Positions 63,959 to 64,000 of a stretch of DNA of 64,000 bases are shown piece after piece; the first letter of the stretch is position 1; each line of letters opens with the position of its first letter. This stretch comes from a virus. Lineage: Duplodnaviria > Heunggongvirae > Uroviricota > Caudoviricetes. A model generated the notes under the pieces. It was not told where the DNA came from, searched no databases, and saw nothing but the letters and a program-made list of their open reading frames with translations. Position numbers and translations under genes: made by a program. The stretch spans positions 195,216 through 259,215 of the IMG/VR virus record IMGVR_UViG_3300049049_000146; one strand, 5' to 3'.

Positions 63959-64000
63959 TCGTCTAAGACCAGGGTAGGCGGGGTTGATGTCTGGGGAACT

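Overview
This is a fragment of a large (jumbo-type) contractile-tailed bacteriophage genome read with the standard genetic code. Essentially all genes are on the minus strand. Bases 1-15 kb hold a mixed RNA cluster: 22 conventional tRNA genes, HNH endonucleases, small accessory genes, and nine copies of a structured non-coding RNA. The nine copies share a covarying terminal scaffold (5'-..GAAUGC..UACAY-[insert]-..CUGUC..-3') resembling the Ro60/Rsr-binding stem of bacterial Y RNAs. Six carry circularly permuted tRNA bodies derived from different isotypes, two of them with A34 anticodon loops (Asn-AUU, Asp-AUC). One carries a T arm only and two are nearly empty. Next come peptide deformylase, an HNH-RNA ligase fusion, an RlaP-like nucleotidyltransferase, AT-hook/acidic proteins, SbcC and DnaX. 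The tail module has a tape measure, chaperones with a -1 frameshift, tube and sheath. The right end encodes a DNA methylase, lysis genes, type IIA topoisomerase subunits with two more tRNAs, a UDG-PolA fusion and a SNF2 ATPase. A 20-bp promoter-like motif recurs six times. All calls are by eye from motifs; no database searches or folding programs were run.
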